The notes below the pieces were generated by a model. The model did not search any database. It saw nothing but the letters and a program-made list of their open reading frames with translations, and was not told the DNA's origin. A DNA stretch of 39,082 bases from the NCBI GenBank assembly GCA_043826085.1, contig JBDRQW010000110.1, forward strand, positions 1 through 39,082, written 5' to 3'. Position numbers and translations under genes: made by a program. The stretch is from Candidatus Beckwithbacteria bacterium. GTDB lineage: Bacteria > Patescibacteriota > Microgenomatia > UBA1400 > CG1-02-47-37. Shown here piece by piece: positions 1-7,195 of the stretch (its first letter is position 1; every line of letters starts with the position of its first letter).

Positions 1-581
1 ACCGGCATGATGAGGCTGATGGCAAGGGAGCGACCGCCGATGGGGAGGATGAGTAGAATAAGTAAGATTTGACCGTAGGAGCTCATGAAGTCGTTGTACT
101 CGTCGGCCCAGTCGATGGGAAGTAAACCATAAAGGATTTTAGAACCGTCAAGTGGAGGAATTGGGAGTAAATTAAAAATAGCTAAATTAACATTCATTCT
201 AATTGTTAAGGCAAGAAGCGGAGTAAAGAGAGAAATAGAAGCGGACTTAAGAATAAAAGATAAAAGGGTGGCTAAGATAAGATTACTAGCTGGTCCGGCT
301 AAGGCAATTAAGGCCGAGTCTCTTTTTTGATGACGGAGATTAAATGGATCAAATGGTACGGGTTTGCCCCAACCAAAACCTATAAACAAAAGCATTAAAG
401 TCCCAAGGGGATCTAGGTGTTTAAAAGGGTTTAGAGTAACTCTTCCTTGAAGTCTGGCAGTGGGATCGCCCAGTTTATCAGCAATAAAAGCATGAGCAAA
501 TTCATGGATAGTGATAGCAACCAATAGGGATATGGCGATGACTAAAAAAGATATGGGGCTAAGGAATAAACTGCTTAACAT
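1..581 (-). CDS. Peptidase M50 (site-2 protease family) membrane protein; 3-prime end lies beyond the window edge
   Basis: Absent from the ORF track because it is open at the edge. Minus-strand translation from the ATG (complement of 579-581) gives MLSSLFLSPISFLVIAISLLVAITIHEFAHAFIADKLGDPTARLQGRVTLNPFKHLDPLG...NLLPIPPLDGSKILYG. The HExxH and LDG motifs are typical of M50 proteases. Confidence 0.75.
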   Translation of the reverse strand, partial: MLSSLFLSPISFLVIAISLLVAITIHEFAHAFIADKLGDPTARLQGRVTLNPFKHLDPLGTLMLLFIGFGWGKPVPFDPFNLRHQKRDSALIALAGPASNLILATLLSFILKSASISLFTPLLALTIRMNVNLAIFNLLPIPPLDGSKILYGLLPIDWADEYNDFMSSYGQILLILLILPIGGRSLAISLIMP

Positions 582-612
582 AATTTATATAGTATGTTAT
601 CATACAATCCTT

Positions 613-804
613 ATGGCAATGAAGTGTGCAAAGTGTGGCAAGGGCTCCCAATACGGGCATCATGTGTCTCACGCAAAGAATCGTACCAAAAGAAAATTTA
701 AGCCTAATTTAAAGAGGGTGACGGTGAAGGTGGATGGGGTTAAAAAGAGAATTATGCTTTGTGTAACTTGTTTAAAGACGACTAAAAAAGAAGCTCAATC
801 GTAG
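613..804 (+). CDS. rpmB: 50S ribosomal protein L28
   Basis: MAMKCAKCGKGSQYGHHVSHAKNRTKRKFKPNLKRVTVKV fits the L28 signature (SHA.N.TKR.F.PNL). I chose the ATG at 613; the track start at 511 would overlap the M50 gene. Confidence 0.85.
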   Translation: MAMKCAKCGKGSQYGHHVSHAKNRTKRKFKPNLKRVTVKVDGVKKRIMLCVTCLKTTKKEAQS

Positions 805-1367
805 AGTTGATTTTTTTTGATATACTTGGCAATTTTTTCCGGAAGTAAGTGGTTGGTGGAGAGATTTTTATTAATGCGGTTTCGAATCACGGTAGAAGAG
901 ATATTGGTGATAATTTGTAAAGGGTGTTTTAGGGGGTGCATGTTTGGGTAGAGTGGTTTAAAGGGATAATCAGATCTGGGATAAATATAGAAGGGCATTA
1001 TCTTAAGGAGGGTTTGGTACTTTGGCCATTTATGAAAAGTGGATAAGTTGTCAGAACCGATTAAGAAAGAAAATTGGTGTTGGGGATATTTTTCTTTTAA
1101 GTAAGTAATATGGAAAATAGTATTGCCGGGCATTTTATTATCAAAGGTGCAGGTGTTGGTTTTGACTTTATGATTTTCCAGCATTTTGGTCATAGTTAGG
1201 CGGTGTTTTGAATCAATAAAAAACTTGCGTTTTTCAAAAGCGTGTTTGTAGTCCGGAAGTAACCAAAGTTCATCGATTTTTGGAATTAATTCAAATGCTT
1301 GGTTGATAACAATCTGATGTCCAAGGTGAGGAGGGTTAAAAGATCCGCCAAATAAGGTTATGTTCAT
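795..1367 (-). CDS. nadD: Nicotinate-nucleotide adenylyltransferase
   Basis: The N-terminus LFGGSFNPPHLGH and the C-terminal ISSTVIRNR motif are characteristic of NadD. Confidence 0.85.
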   Translation of the reverse strand: MNITLFGGSFNPPHLGHQIVINQAFELIPKIDELWLLPDYKHAFEKRKFFIDSKHRLTMTKMLENHKVKTNTCTFDNKMPGNTIFHITYLKEKYPQHQFSFLIGSDNLSTFHKWPKYQTLLKIMPFYIYPRSDYPFKPLYPNMHPLKHPLQIITNISSTVIRNRINKNLSTNHLLPEKIAKYIKKNQLYD

Positions 1368-1372
1368 AGGAG

Positions 1373-2122
1373 TTATTTTAACAGATGTTGGTAGCCATTC
1401 AATAGTTGTTGCCAGGTAATGGGTTGTTTGCCTTCGAGTTGGAATTTGTTATTGGGTAAAAGTTTAAGGACTTTATTGTTAGGCCTGCCTGCGCAGGCAG
1501 GTAGTTTAGTCCAGACGCCGGGCCAGTGGTAGAAAGCGCGGATTTTATGGTCTATAGAAGTAAAGTTGGTTTTTGATTGTTTGATAAATTCTTGCCAAAC
1601 TATAAAACCATCTTGTTTAGTAAGCTTTTTAGCATAGGGTGTGGGAGATTTTTTTGGTTGTTTAATCGGGGTGATATTATCCTCTATATAGTCAGGTAAG
1701 GTTTTTATAAGAAGATTTACGCCAATAGTAAATAGAGTGCTGAGGAGTTGAGGAGTAGTCTCGGTTTGAGTGAGCCGATGTTTTTGTCGAGCAATAATCG
1801 GGCCGGTGTCCCAACCAGAGTCCATCTTAAAGATAGTCACTCCGGTTTGTTTTTCTTTGTTCAAAATAGTCCAAGGCACCGGAGCCGCTCCTCTATATTT
1901 GGGTAAAAGCGAAGGGTGAATGTTTAGGGAACCGTACTTGGGTATATCTAAGGTTTTTTTGGAAATTTTGTGGCCGTATGAAGCCACGACGATTAAATCA
2001 ATAAAAGGGCGAGGCCCTGTAAGGGCCTCGCCCTTATAGATGTGATGATGGGATTTGAGTTTGTTAAAAACAATATCAGATTCAGGGGCTGAGCCGAAAA
2101 AAAGGATGTTTAAGGGTTTCAT
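1373..2122 (-). CDS. fmt: Methionyl-tRNA formyltransferase (short form)
   Basis: SLNIHPSLLPKYRGAAPVPWTILN and TGVTIFKMDSGWDTGPII match the formyltransferase core. The gene overlaps def by 4 nt. It contains two palindromic inserts (1484-1501 and 2005-2035). Confidence 0.85.
   Translation of the reverse strand: MKPLNILFFGSAPESDIVFNKLKSHHHIYKGEALTGPRPFIDLIVVASYGHKISKKTLDIPKYGSLNIHPSLLPKYRGAAPVPWTILNKEKQTGVTIFKMDSGWDTGPIIARQKHRLTQTETTPQLLSTLFTIGVNLLIKTLPDYIEDNITPIKQPKKSPTPYAKKLTKQDGFIVWQEFIKQSKTNFTSIDHKIRAFYHWPGVWTKLPACAGRPNNKVLKLLPNNKFQLEGKQPITWQQLLNGYQHLLK
1484..1501. repeat. Family B palindrome CCTGCCTGCGCAGGCAGG inside fmt
   Basis: A perfect 18-bp GC-rich palindrome in an AT-rich gene, translated as LPACAGRP. 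A related copy lies at 13040-13059. Confidence 0.8.
2005..2035. repeat. Family A hairpin AAGGGCGAGGCCC-TGTAA-GGGCCTCGCCCTT inside fmt
   Basis: 13-bp perfect arms with a 5-nt loop, translated as KGEALTGPRPF. A near-identical copy lies at 8320-8350. Confidence 0.85.
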
Positions 2123-2658
2123 GAAAATGGATTGTCAATTGCTTCGAGCTTGCCTTCTTTGTTGGCTTTGTAAAGTGGTTCGCCGGATTTTTTAATATGG
2201 TCGATGAAGAGAATACCGTTTAGGTGGTCAAGTTCGTGGGCAAAGTAGGAGGAGAAGGGTGAGGCGAGGGAGATCTTTTTTTCTAAACCTTTTAGATTCA
2301 AGTACTTAGCTTTTATTTTTATTGGGCGGTCAACAAAACCAAAGTAGCCCGGGATTGAGAGGCAGCCCTCAATAAATTGTTTATCTTTTGGCAAGCTGGA
2401 GAGCATTTTTTTTGAAGATTTAATGATTTGGGGGTTAAGACAAACTTCAAATTTATCATCAGGCATTTTAATAATAAATAGACGATGAAGTTGATTGACC
2501 TGATTGGTGGCTAATCCCACACCCAGTTCTTTTTTTTGCTCCGGAGTGAGAGTGCTTAGCATTTGCTTGGCTAATTTTTTAATATCGTCAGTTATATGAT
2601 TAATAGTCAAAGCTTTTTTTCTAAGGGTGGGGTGGGGGTGTTTTATTATTTTTAACAT
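2119..2658 (-). CDS. def: Peptide deformylase
   Basis: The EGCLSIPG and HELDHLNG motifs are present, and the gene sits in a def-fmt pair. Confidence 0.9.
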   Translation of the reverse strand: MLKIIKHPHPTLRKKALTINHITDDIKKLAKQMLSTLTPEQKKELGVGLATNQVNQLHRLFIIKMPDDKFEVCLNPQIIKSSKKMLSSLPKDKQFIEGCLSIPGYFGFVDRPIKIKAKYLNLKGLEKKISLASPFSSYFAHELDHLNGILFIDHIKKSGEPLYKANKEGKLEAIDNPFS

Positions 2659-2665
2659 GAGGGCA

Positions 2666-4825
2666 TTATAACAGGCTGTTGAGTTTTTCTTTAATAGCTT
2701 GGTTTTCGGGGTTTAAGTATTTGAGGATGTATTCAAATTGTTCGCTGGCAAGGTCGGGACGGTTGGTTTGTTGATAGAGTGAACCTAGGGCATTTCTGAA
2801 GGTTTCGTAATTGGGTTTTAAATTTATAGTTTCAAGCAGTGTTTGTTCGGCAAGTTTGGTTTGTCCCAGTTGGGTGTAAAGTAATCCTAAATTGTAATGC
2901 AATTTGGGGTCGGTTGGAGAGAGATCAATAGCTTTAAGTAAAGTATTAAGAGCGTCTTGGTGATATTTTTTATCAATTTGAGCTAAAAGAAAAAATACTT
3001 TGGCACGAGATTTATAGTAGTTTAAATGAACTTTGTTTTGGGATATAACCAGGTTGCTATTATTAATAGATTCCTCTATTAGTTGACCTTTTAGATTAGT
3101 ATCTTCTTGATAAAGTAAAGCCATTTTGGCTGCAGATTCTGAGTAAAGGGATCTAAAGAGAGGTTGGTTTGGTTTTATGGTAACTGCTTTTTGAAGGTAA
3201 GCGTAGCCGGTTTGAATTTGATTGGCTTGTAAATAGTTTTTGCCAAGAACAAAAGCTCGGTCAGCTTGCCACATAGTGATGATGGAGTATAAAAAGAAGG
3301 TGGCGAGGGAGAGGGTGATTAAAATTTTTATTAAGGTGACACCTTCCAGCTTCGCTGTTCCGACTCGAGATTCTCTCGCGTCTCCTGTTAAGGTGTCACC
3401 TTTGGTCATGTTGTGGCTAATAGCCAGGGCAGGGAAGAGAAAGAAAAATAAAGCCACGGGGACGACGGAGAAGCCAAAAAAGTTGGAGACGGCTAGGCCT
3501 AAGTAGCCGGCCAAGAGGGCTATATATAAACTATCACACGATCGTGAGCGGAAATATATACGGAGAGTCCAAATTGAAAACCAGATGATAATCAGCAAGT
3601 AAGAGAATAAACCAAAAGCTCCGGTGGTAGCTAAGAAGTTTAAAAATTCGTTATGAGCTTTGTTGTAAAGAAAGTCCCATTCCGAGAGAAGATTATGTTC
3701 AACCGGCCGGTGATTATAGTAGGAGTAGGCAAAGGTTTCTACGCCGGAGCCGAAAATCGGATATTTTTCCCAAATATTTATAGCTCCCTGCCAAACCACT
3801 TTTCTAATATCACTGGATTTTGAACCGCCGGTTTGGATGGTGGGAGGGCCAAGATCGGAAACTTCAGGGAGACTCCTTGAAGTTTCTTCAGGTTCGGAAC
3901 TATCTTTCAGTCGCTGTGCTCCTTGCAGACCGCTGAAAGTTCCGAACCCTATCTTTGAAGTTCGGAACCATGGATTACTCCAGGGGGTACCGATGATTAA
4001 TATTGCAAGTAGAAATAGGAAATTAATGGTTAGGAAAGGCTTTACAGGAAAGCTTTTTAGCTTATTTTTGAGTAATATTAGTAACCAGTAAATACTCCAA
4101 GCTAAACCTAAGCCAAGTAAGCCGGAGCGGGATTTAGTAAACAAAAGGGTGATAAAAAAAGTTAGGGTAACAAGGTGGTATTTTGGATTTTTTAGAGAGA
4201 GGCTGAGTGAGATAGGAATTAGGGTTAAAAGGTAGGCTGCTAACCAGTTTGGTTGGCCCAGGGTAGAGAAAACTCTGGTTTGAACGTCTTGGACCCAGAG
4301 ATTTTTGTCGATGCCAAAGTGTTCAAGAATGCCGTAGATAGAGACGATTAGAGCAGTTGATAAAATAACTTTGATTATTCTATTGTTAAATTCATTAGGT
4401 TCGGAACTAGAACATCGGAAAGTTCCGAACCCTACATAAGTAAAATATAGGAGTAAATAGGAGATGGTGGAGATGAGGCCACCGTGGAATCTTGAGTAAT
4501 AACCCCAGAGAGATGTATGCGGGTCTATTGAGAATAAAGTGGAGAGAGTTTGGGAGATTAGAAAGATGATTAGAGGTATGGTAAATGGAGTTTTTTGAAA
4601 AATTATTTTTTGATTAATAATCATTTTGATTATCCAAGCCGAGGTAATAATTACAGTTATAAAATAAACCGTAAGCATTTTGTTAAACTCAAAGAGCTCG
4701 TAGTTATAGGGAGTGAGGATTAAAGGTACGATGATGAATAGAGCGTAGAAGGAGTACTCGATGATTTTGTTAAGGAGTTTGTTCATGAAGTCAGTATAGC
4801 ATGGGAATGTGATATAGTAAGACAT
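2666..4825 (-). CDS. O-antigen ligase/polymerase-like polytopic membrane protein with C-terminal TPR repeats
   Basis: Many hydrophobic helices, a Wzy_C-like central region and C-terminal TPR-like repeats (NLGLLYTQLGQTKLAEQTLLETINLKPNY). The true start may be the ATG at 4786 (MNKLLNKIIEYSF). The ORF hosts several palindromic modules. Confidence 0.65.
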   Translation of the reverse strand: MSYYITFPCYTDFMNKLLNKIIEYSFYALFIIVPLILTPYNYELFEFNKMLTVYFITVIITSAWIIKMIINQKIIFQKTPFTIPLIIFLISQTLSTLFSIDPHTSLWGYYSRFHGGLISTISYLLLYFTYVGFGTFRCSSSEPNEFNNRIIKVILSTALIVSIYGILEHFGIDKNLWVQDVQTRVFSTLGQPNWLAAYLLTLIPISLSLSLKNPKYHLVTLTFFITLLFTKSRSGLLGLGLAWSIYWLLILLKNKLKSFPVKPFLTINFLFLLAILIIGTPWSNPWFRTSKIGFGTFSGLQGAQRLKDSSEPEETSRSLPEVSDLGPPTIQTGGSKSSDIRKVVWQGAINIWEKYPIFGSGVETFAYSYYNHRPVEHNLLSEWDFLYNKAHNEFLNFLATTGAFGLFSYLLIIIWFSIWTLRIYFRSRSCDSLYIALLAGYLGLAVSNFFGFSVVPVALFFFLFPALAISHNMTKGDTLTGDARESRVGTAKLEGVTLIKILITLSLATFFLYSIITMWQADRAFVLGKNYLQANQIQTGYAYLQKAVTIKPNQPLFRSLYSESAAKMALLYQEDTNLKGQLIEESINNSNLVISQNKVHLNYYKSRAKVFFLLAQIDKKYHQDALNTLLKAIDLSPTDPKLHYNLGLLYTQLGQTKLAEQTLLETINLKPNYETFRNALGSLYQQTNRPDLASEQFEYILKYLNPENQAIKEKLNSLL
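3333..3402. repeat. Family G module: AAGGTGACACCTT (3333-3345) and AAGGTGTCACCTT (3390-3402)
   Basis: Two mutually complementary 13-bp palindromes separated by 44 nt. The module is read through as KGDTLTGDARESRVGTAKLEGVTL. Confidence 0.7.
3521..3560. repeat. Family E palindromic element (core CACGATCGTG between TATATA-type arms) inside a CDS
   Basis: TATATATAAACTATCACACGATCGTGAGCGGAAATATATA is translated as YFRSRSCDSLYI. Related copies lie at 8712-8750 and 9527-9564. Confidence 0.7.
3849..3970. repeat. Composite block of nested hairpins (family C GGTTCGGAAC/GTTCCGAACC arms plus a family D-like half-site) inside a CDS
   Basis: CCAAGATCGGAAACTT at 3849-3864; near-perfect palindrome AACTTCAGGGAG-A-CTCCTTGAAGTT at 3860-3884; long hairpin GGTTCGGAACT...AGTTCCGAACC at 3891-3948; a further GTTCGGAAC at 3960-3968. 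The block is read as FRTSKIGFGTFSGLQGAQRLKDSSEPEETSRSLPEVSDLGPP. Confidence 0.75.
4398..4431. repeat. Family C hairpin GGTTCGGAACT-(12 nt)-AGTTCCGAACC inside a CDS
   Basis: 11-bp perfect arms, translated as GFGTFRCSSSEP. This is the same frame and the same flanking peptide (GFGTF...SSEP) as the copy at 3891-3948. Confidence 0.8.
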
Positions 4826-5872
4826 ATGTTAGATAGGTTTTATTCGTTATTTAGTTATGATCTGGGAATTGATCTTGGGACTTCTAATACTTTAATTTTA
4901 GTTAAAGGCAAGGGTGTAGTGGTAAGAGAGCCATCTGTAGTAGCCAGAAGAAAGAAGACTAAAGAAATTTTGGCAGTAGGTGGTAAAGCCAAACAAATGA
5001 TTGGTAAAAATCCTGATAGCATTGAAGTGATTAAGCCATTGATTGATGGAGTTATTTCTGACTTTGATGCGACTGTGTCAATGCTTAAACATTACTTTGT
5101 TGAAATTCATCAACATGTAGGTTTAGCCCCAAAATTAGCTAGACCAAAAGTTTTAGTGGGAATACCTTCCGGCGTAACTGAAGTTGAAAAAAGAGCGGTT
5201 CAAGATGCGGCTTTGTCTGCGGGAGCTAGGATGGCCATGTTGATTGAGGAGCCAATGGCTGCTGTTATTGGGGCCGGGGTTGATGTTTCTAAACCCGATG
5301 GACAGTTAATTGTTGATATTGGTGGTGGCACGACCGAGATTGCAGTTATTAGTTTGGGCGGGATTGTAATTGATAGATCTTTGCGGATTGCCGGTGAAGA
5401 GATGAATGAGGCTATAATTAAATCAGCTAGGTTGAGGCATGGATTGCTTTTGGGTGAGATTACTGCTGAGGAAGTAAAAATTAATATTGGGAGTGCGATG
5501 GAAATGGAGAAAGAAAAAAGTTTTGTGGTTCGGGGGCGGGATATGGAGAAGGGTTTGCCAAAGTCTTTAAAAATTAAGAGTTCAGAAGTAAGAGAGTCTT
5601 TGGCTCCGGTGATTCAAGAAATTGTAGGAGCGATTGGTTACATCATTGAAGAAACGCCGCCGGAGTTGGTGGCTGATATTATGAAACACGGGATTATTTT
5701 AGCTGGTGGAGGTTCCTTGATTTATGGAATTGATAAAGTAATTTCACAAGCTACCAAGATGCCGGTTTGGATAGCTGATGATCCGCAAGACGCGGTGGTT
5801 AAAGGTTGTGGTAATTTATTCAAGAATGAAAAATTATTAAATGCCGTTAGAGTTAAACGAGGGCTTAGATGA
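4826..5872 (+). CDS. mreB: Rod shape-determining actin-like protein MreB
   Basis: DLGIDLGTSNTLI, IVDIGGGTTEIAVIS and ILAGGGSL are actin-fold ATPase motifs. Confidence 0.95.
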   Translation: MLDRFYSLFSYDLGIDLGTSNTLILVKGKGVVVREPSVVARRKKTKEILAVGGKAKQMIGKNPDSIEVIKPLIDGVISDFDATVSMLKHYFVEIHQHVGLAPKLARPKVLVGIPSGVTEVEKRAVQDAALSAGARMAMLIEEPMAAVIGAGVDVSKPDGQLIVDIGGGTTEIAVISLGGIVIDRSLRIAGEEMNEAIIKSARLRHGLLLGEITAEEVKINIGSAMEMEKEKSFVVRGRDMEKGLPKSLKIKSSEVRESLAPVIQEIVGAIGYIIEETPPELVADIMKHGIILAGGGSLIYGIDKVISQATKMPVWIADDPQDAVVKGCGNLFKNEKLLNAVRVKRGLR

Positions 5873-6591
5873 GGAAGATAGCTATTTTATTGGTTTTAAG
5901 TTTGGCAATATTTATATTAGACAAAGGTAGTTACTTTAATTGGTTGAAGTCCCCGATACTTAAAGTAATTAGACCGGTGCAACTTAATCTTCGTGGGGTG
6001 GCGGTCGAAAAGATGGTTAATGGCAATGAGGTTTTTGAGTTGATAGATAAAGCTGAGATGATTAAACTAAGACAAGAAAATGAGAGGTTGCGGGAGTTAC
6101 TGGGGACCAAGATTTCTCCGGCTTGGAAATTTATTCCCGCTAATATACTTAAGAGTGAGGGAGAAAGTTTAGTGATTGATGTTGGTAGTGAAATTGGGGT
6201 TAGCTCAGAGATGGTGGTGGTTGGTTTGGCTAGAGATAAAGTTAATAATGGAGTTTTACTGGGAAGAGTTGATGAGGTTTTTTTCATGCAATCTAAGATT
6301 AGATTATTAAAGAGCGCGGATAGTAATTTGGGCGTAGTAACTGAAAGTGGGAGCGTGGGAGTGGTAACGGGAGATGGCGAGAAACTAAATTTGAGGCAAG
6401 TGCTTCAGAAACAAGATTTGGTAAAAGGTGAGTTGATATTAAGTAAGGGTGGTGATGGCTGGCCTGCTGATTTAGTAGTGGGTAGAGTAGGAGAAGTTTT
6501 TAGAGTGGATACCAAAATTTATTTAGAAGCTAAGATAGATGAGTTAATTGAGACTGATAATTTGAGTCAAGTATTTGTGGTTAGTTTTTAA
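5869..6591 (+). CDS. mreC: Rod shape-determining protein MreC
   Basis: ATGA overlap with mreB, an N-terminal TM helix, a coiled-coil (LRQENERLRELL) and a beta-rich C-terminus. Confidence 0.75.
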   Translation: MRKIAILLVLSLAIFILDKGSYFNWLKSPILKVIRPVQLNLRGVAVEKMVNGNEVFELIDKAEMIKLRQENERLRELLGTKISPAWKFIPANILKSEGESLVIDVGSEIGVSSEMVVVGLARDKVNNGVLLGRVDEVFFMQSKIRLLKSADSNLGVVTESGSVGVVTGDGEKLNLRQVLQKQDLVKGELILSKGGDGWPADLVVGRVGEVFRVDTKIYLEAKIDELIETDNLSQVFVVSF

Positions 6592-6868
6592 CTAAGATTA
6601 GGTTAATGCCCTGTTGATGAATTTTTTTGAGGGCCTCTAATTTTTGGGCGGGAGTTTTTATTGTTTGGATATTTAATTCAAAGATCTGAGCATCAGCAGT
6701 TTGCGGAGATGTGATTAAATCAGTCACCTTCGGGCTAGTTTGCTCATCTAAAAGAATGGCTTTGATGGCGGGCAAACTTGAAGGAACAATGAAGATAGGA
6801 AAAGCTAGGTAGATAAAAAGCAGGGTAAGTAAAAATATAGTAGAGCGCCAAATAATTCTTATAAGCAT
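6581..6868 (-). CDS. Hypothetical small membrane-anchored protein
   Basis: 95-aa ORF with an N-terminal TM helix. It fills the otherwise empty 324-bp gap between mreC and mreD on the opposite strand. I recognise no homology. Confidence 0.35.
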   Translation of the reverse strand: MLIRIIWRSTIFLLTLLFIYLAFPIFIVPSSLPAIKAILLDEQTSPKVTDLITSPQTADAQIFELNIQTIKTPAQKLEALKKIHQQGINLILVKN

Positions 6869-6900
6869 TAAGTATCAATATACATTAGTTATTTAATTTT

Positions 6901-6909
6901 TGCTATGAT
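6901..6909 (+). promoter_or_regulatory. Extended -10 element TGcTATGAT, 7 nt before the mreD-like ATG
   Basis: The TGnTATGAT hexamer ends at 6909 and the ATG is at 6916, implying a leaderless or near-leaderless transcript. Confidence 0.4.
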
Positions 6910-6915
6910 ATTCTT

Positions 6916-7194
6916 ATGGCTTTTGACAAGTTATTAAGTATAGTATTGGTGATAGTTTTATCTTTGTTTTATAGTACTTTAGGTTTGTTTAATTTTTTGT
7001 GGTTGGCGGTAATTTGGTTGGCTATTAAGAAATGGTGGTTGTTAATATTTATTTCCGGCTTGATTTTTGATCTAGTTGTGGGATCGACTTTGGGACTATC
7101 CAGTTTTAAATTTTTAGTGGTGGCAGGTTTAATTTATTTAATTAAAGAGTATTGGCCGGTTAGATCCCAACGTCAGTTAAAATTAAAAATATAG
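6916..7194 (+). CDS. mreD: MreD-like small polytopic membrane protein
   Basis: 92 aa with three hydrophobic helices. The call rests on its position between mreC and PBP2. Confidence 0.5.
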   Translation: MAFDKLLSIVLVIVLSLFYSTLGLFNFLWLAVIWLAIKKWWLLIFISGLIFDLVVGSTLGLSSFKFLVVAGLIYLIKEYWPVRSQRQLKLKI

Positions 7195-7195
7195 T

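Noticed and set aside
511-612. N-terminal extensions proposed by the track: rpmB from 511, nrdJ from 13247, AbiEi from 29503, hepT from 31237, HEPN from 31671, hicB from 32507 and the RelE-like gene from 28164.
   Set aside because: The extensions overlap upstream genes or promoter boxes, several begin at TTG or GTG, and the conserved domains begin at the internal ATGs I report.
3240-4091. Track ORFs 3240-3506 and 3837-4091 lie on the plus strand inside the ligase-like gene.
   Set aside because: They are antisense to a long, well-supported membrane-protein ORF and coincide with palindromic modules that are stop-free on both strands. They are artefacts.
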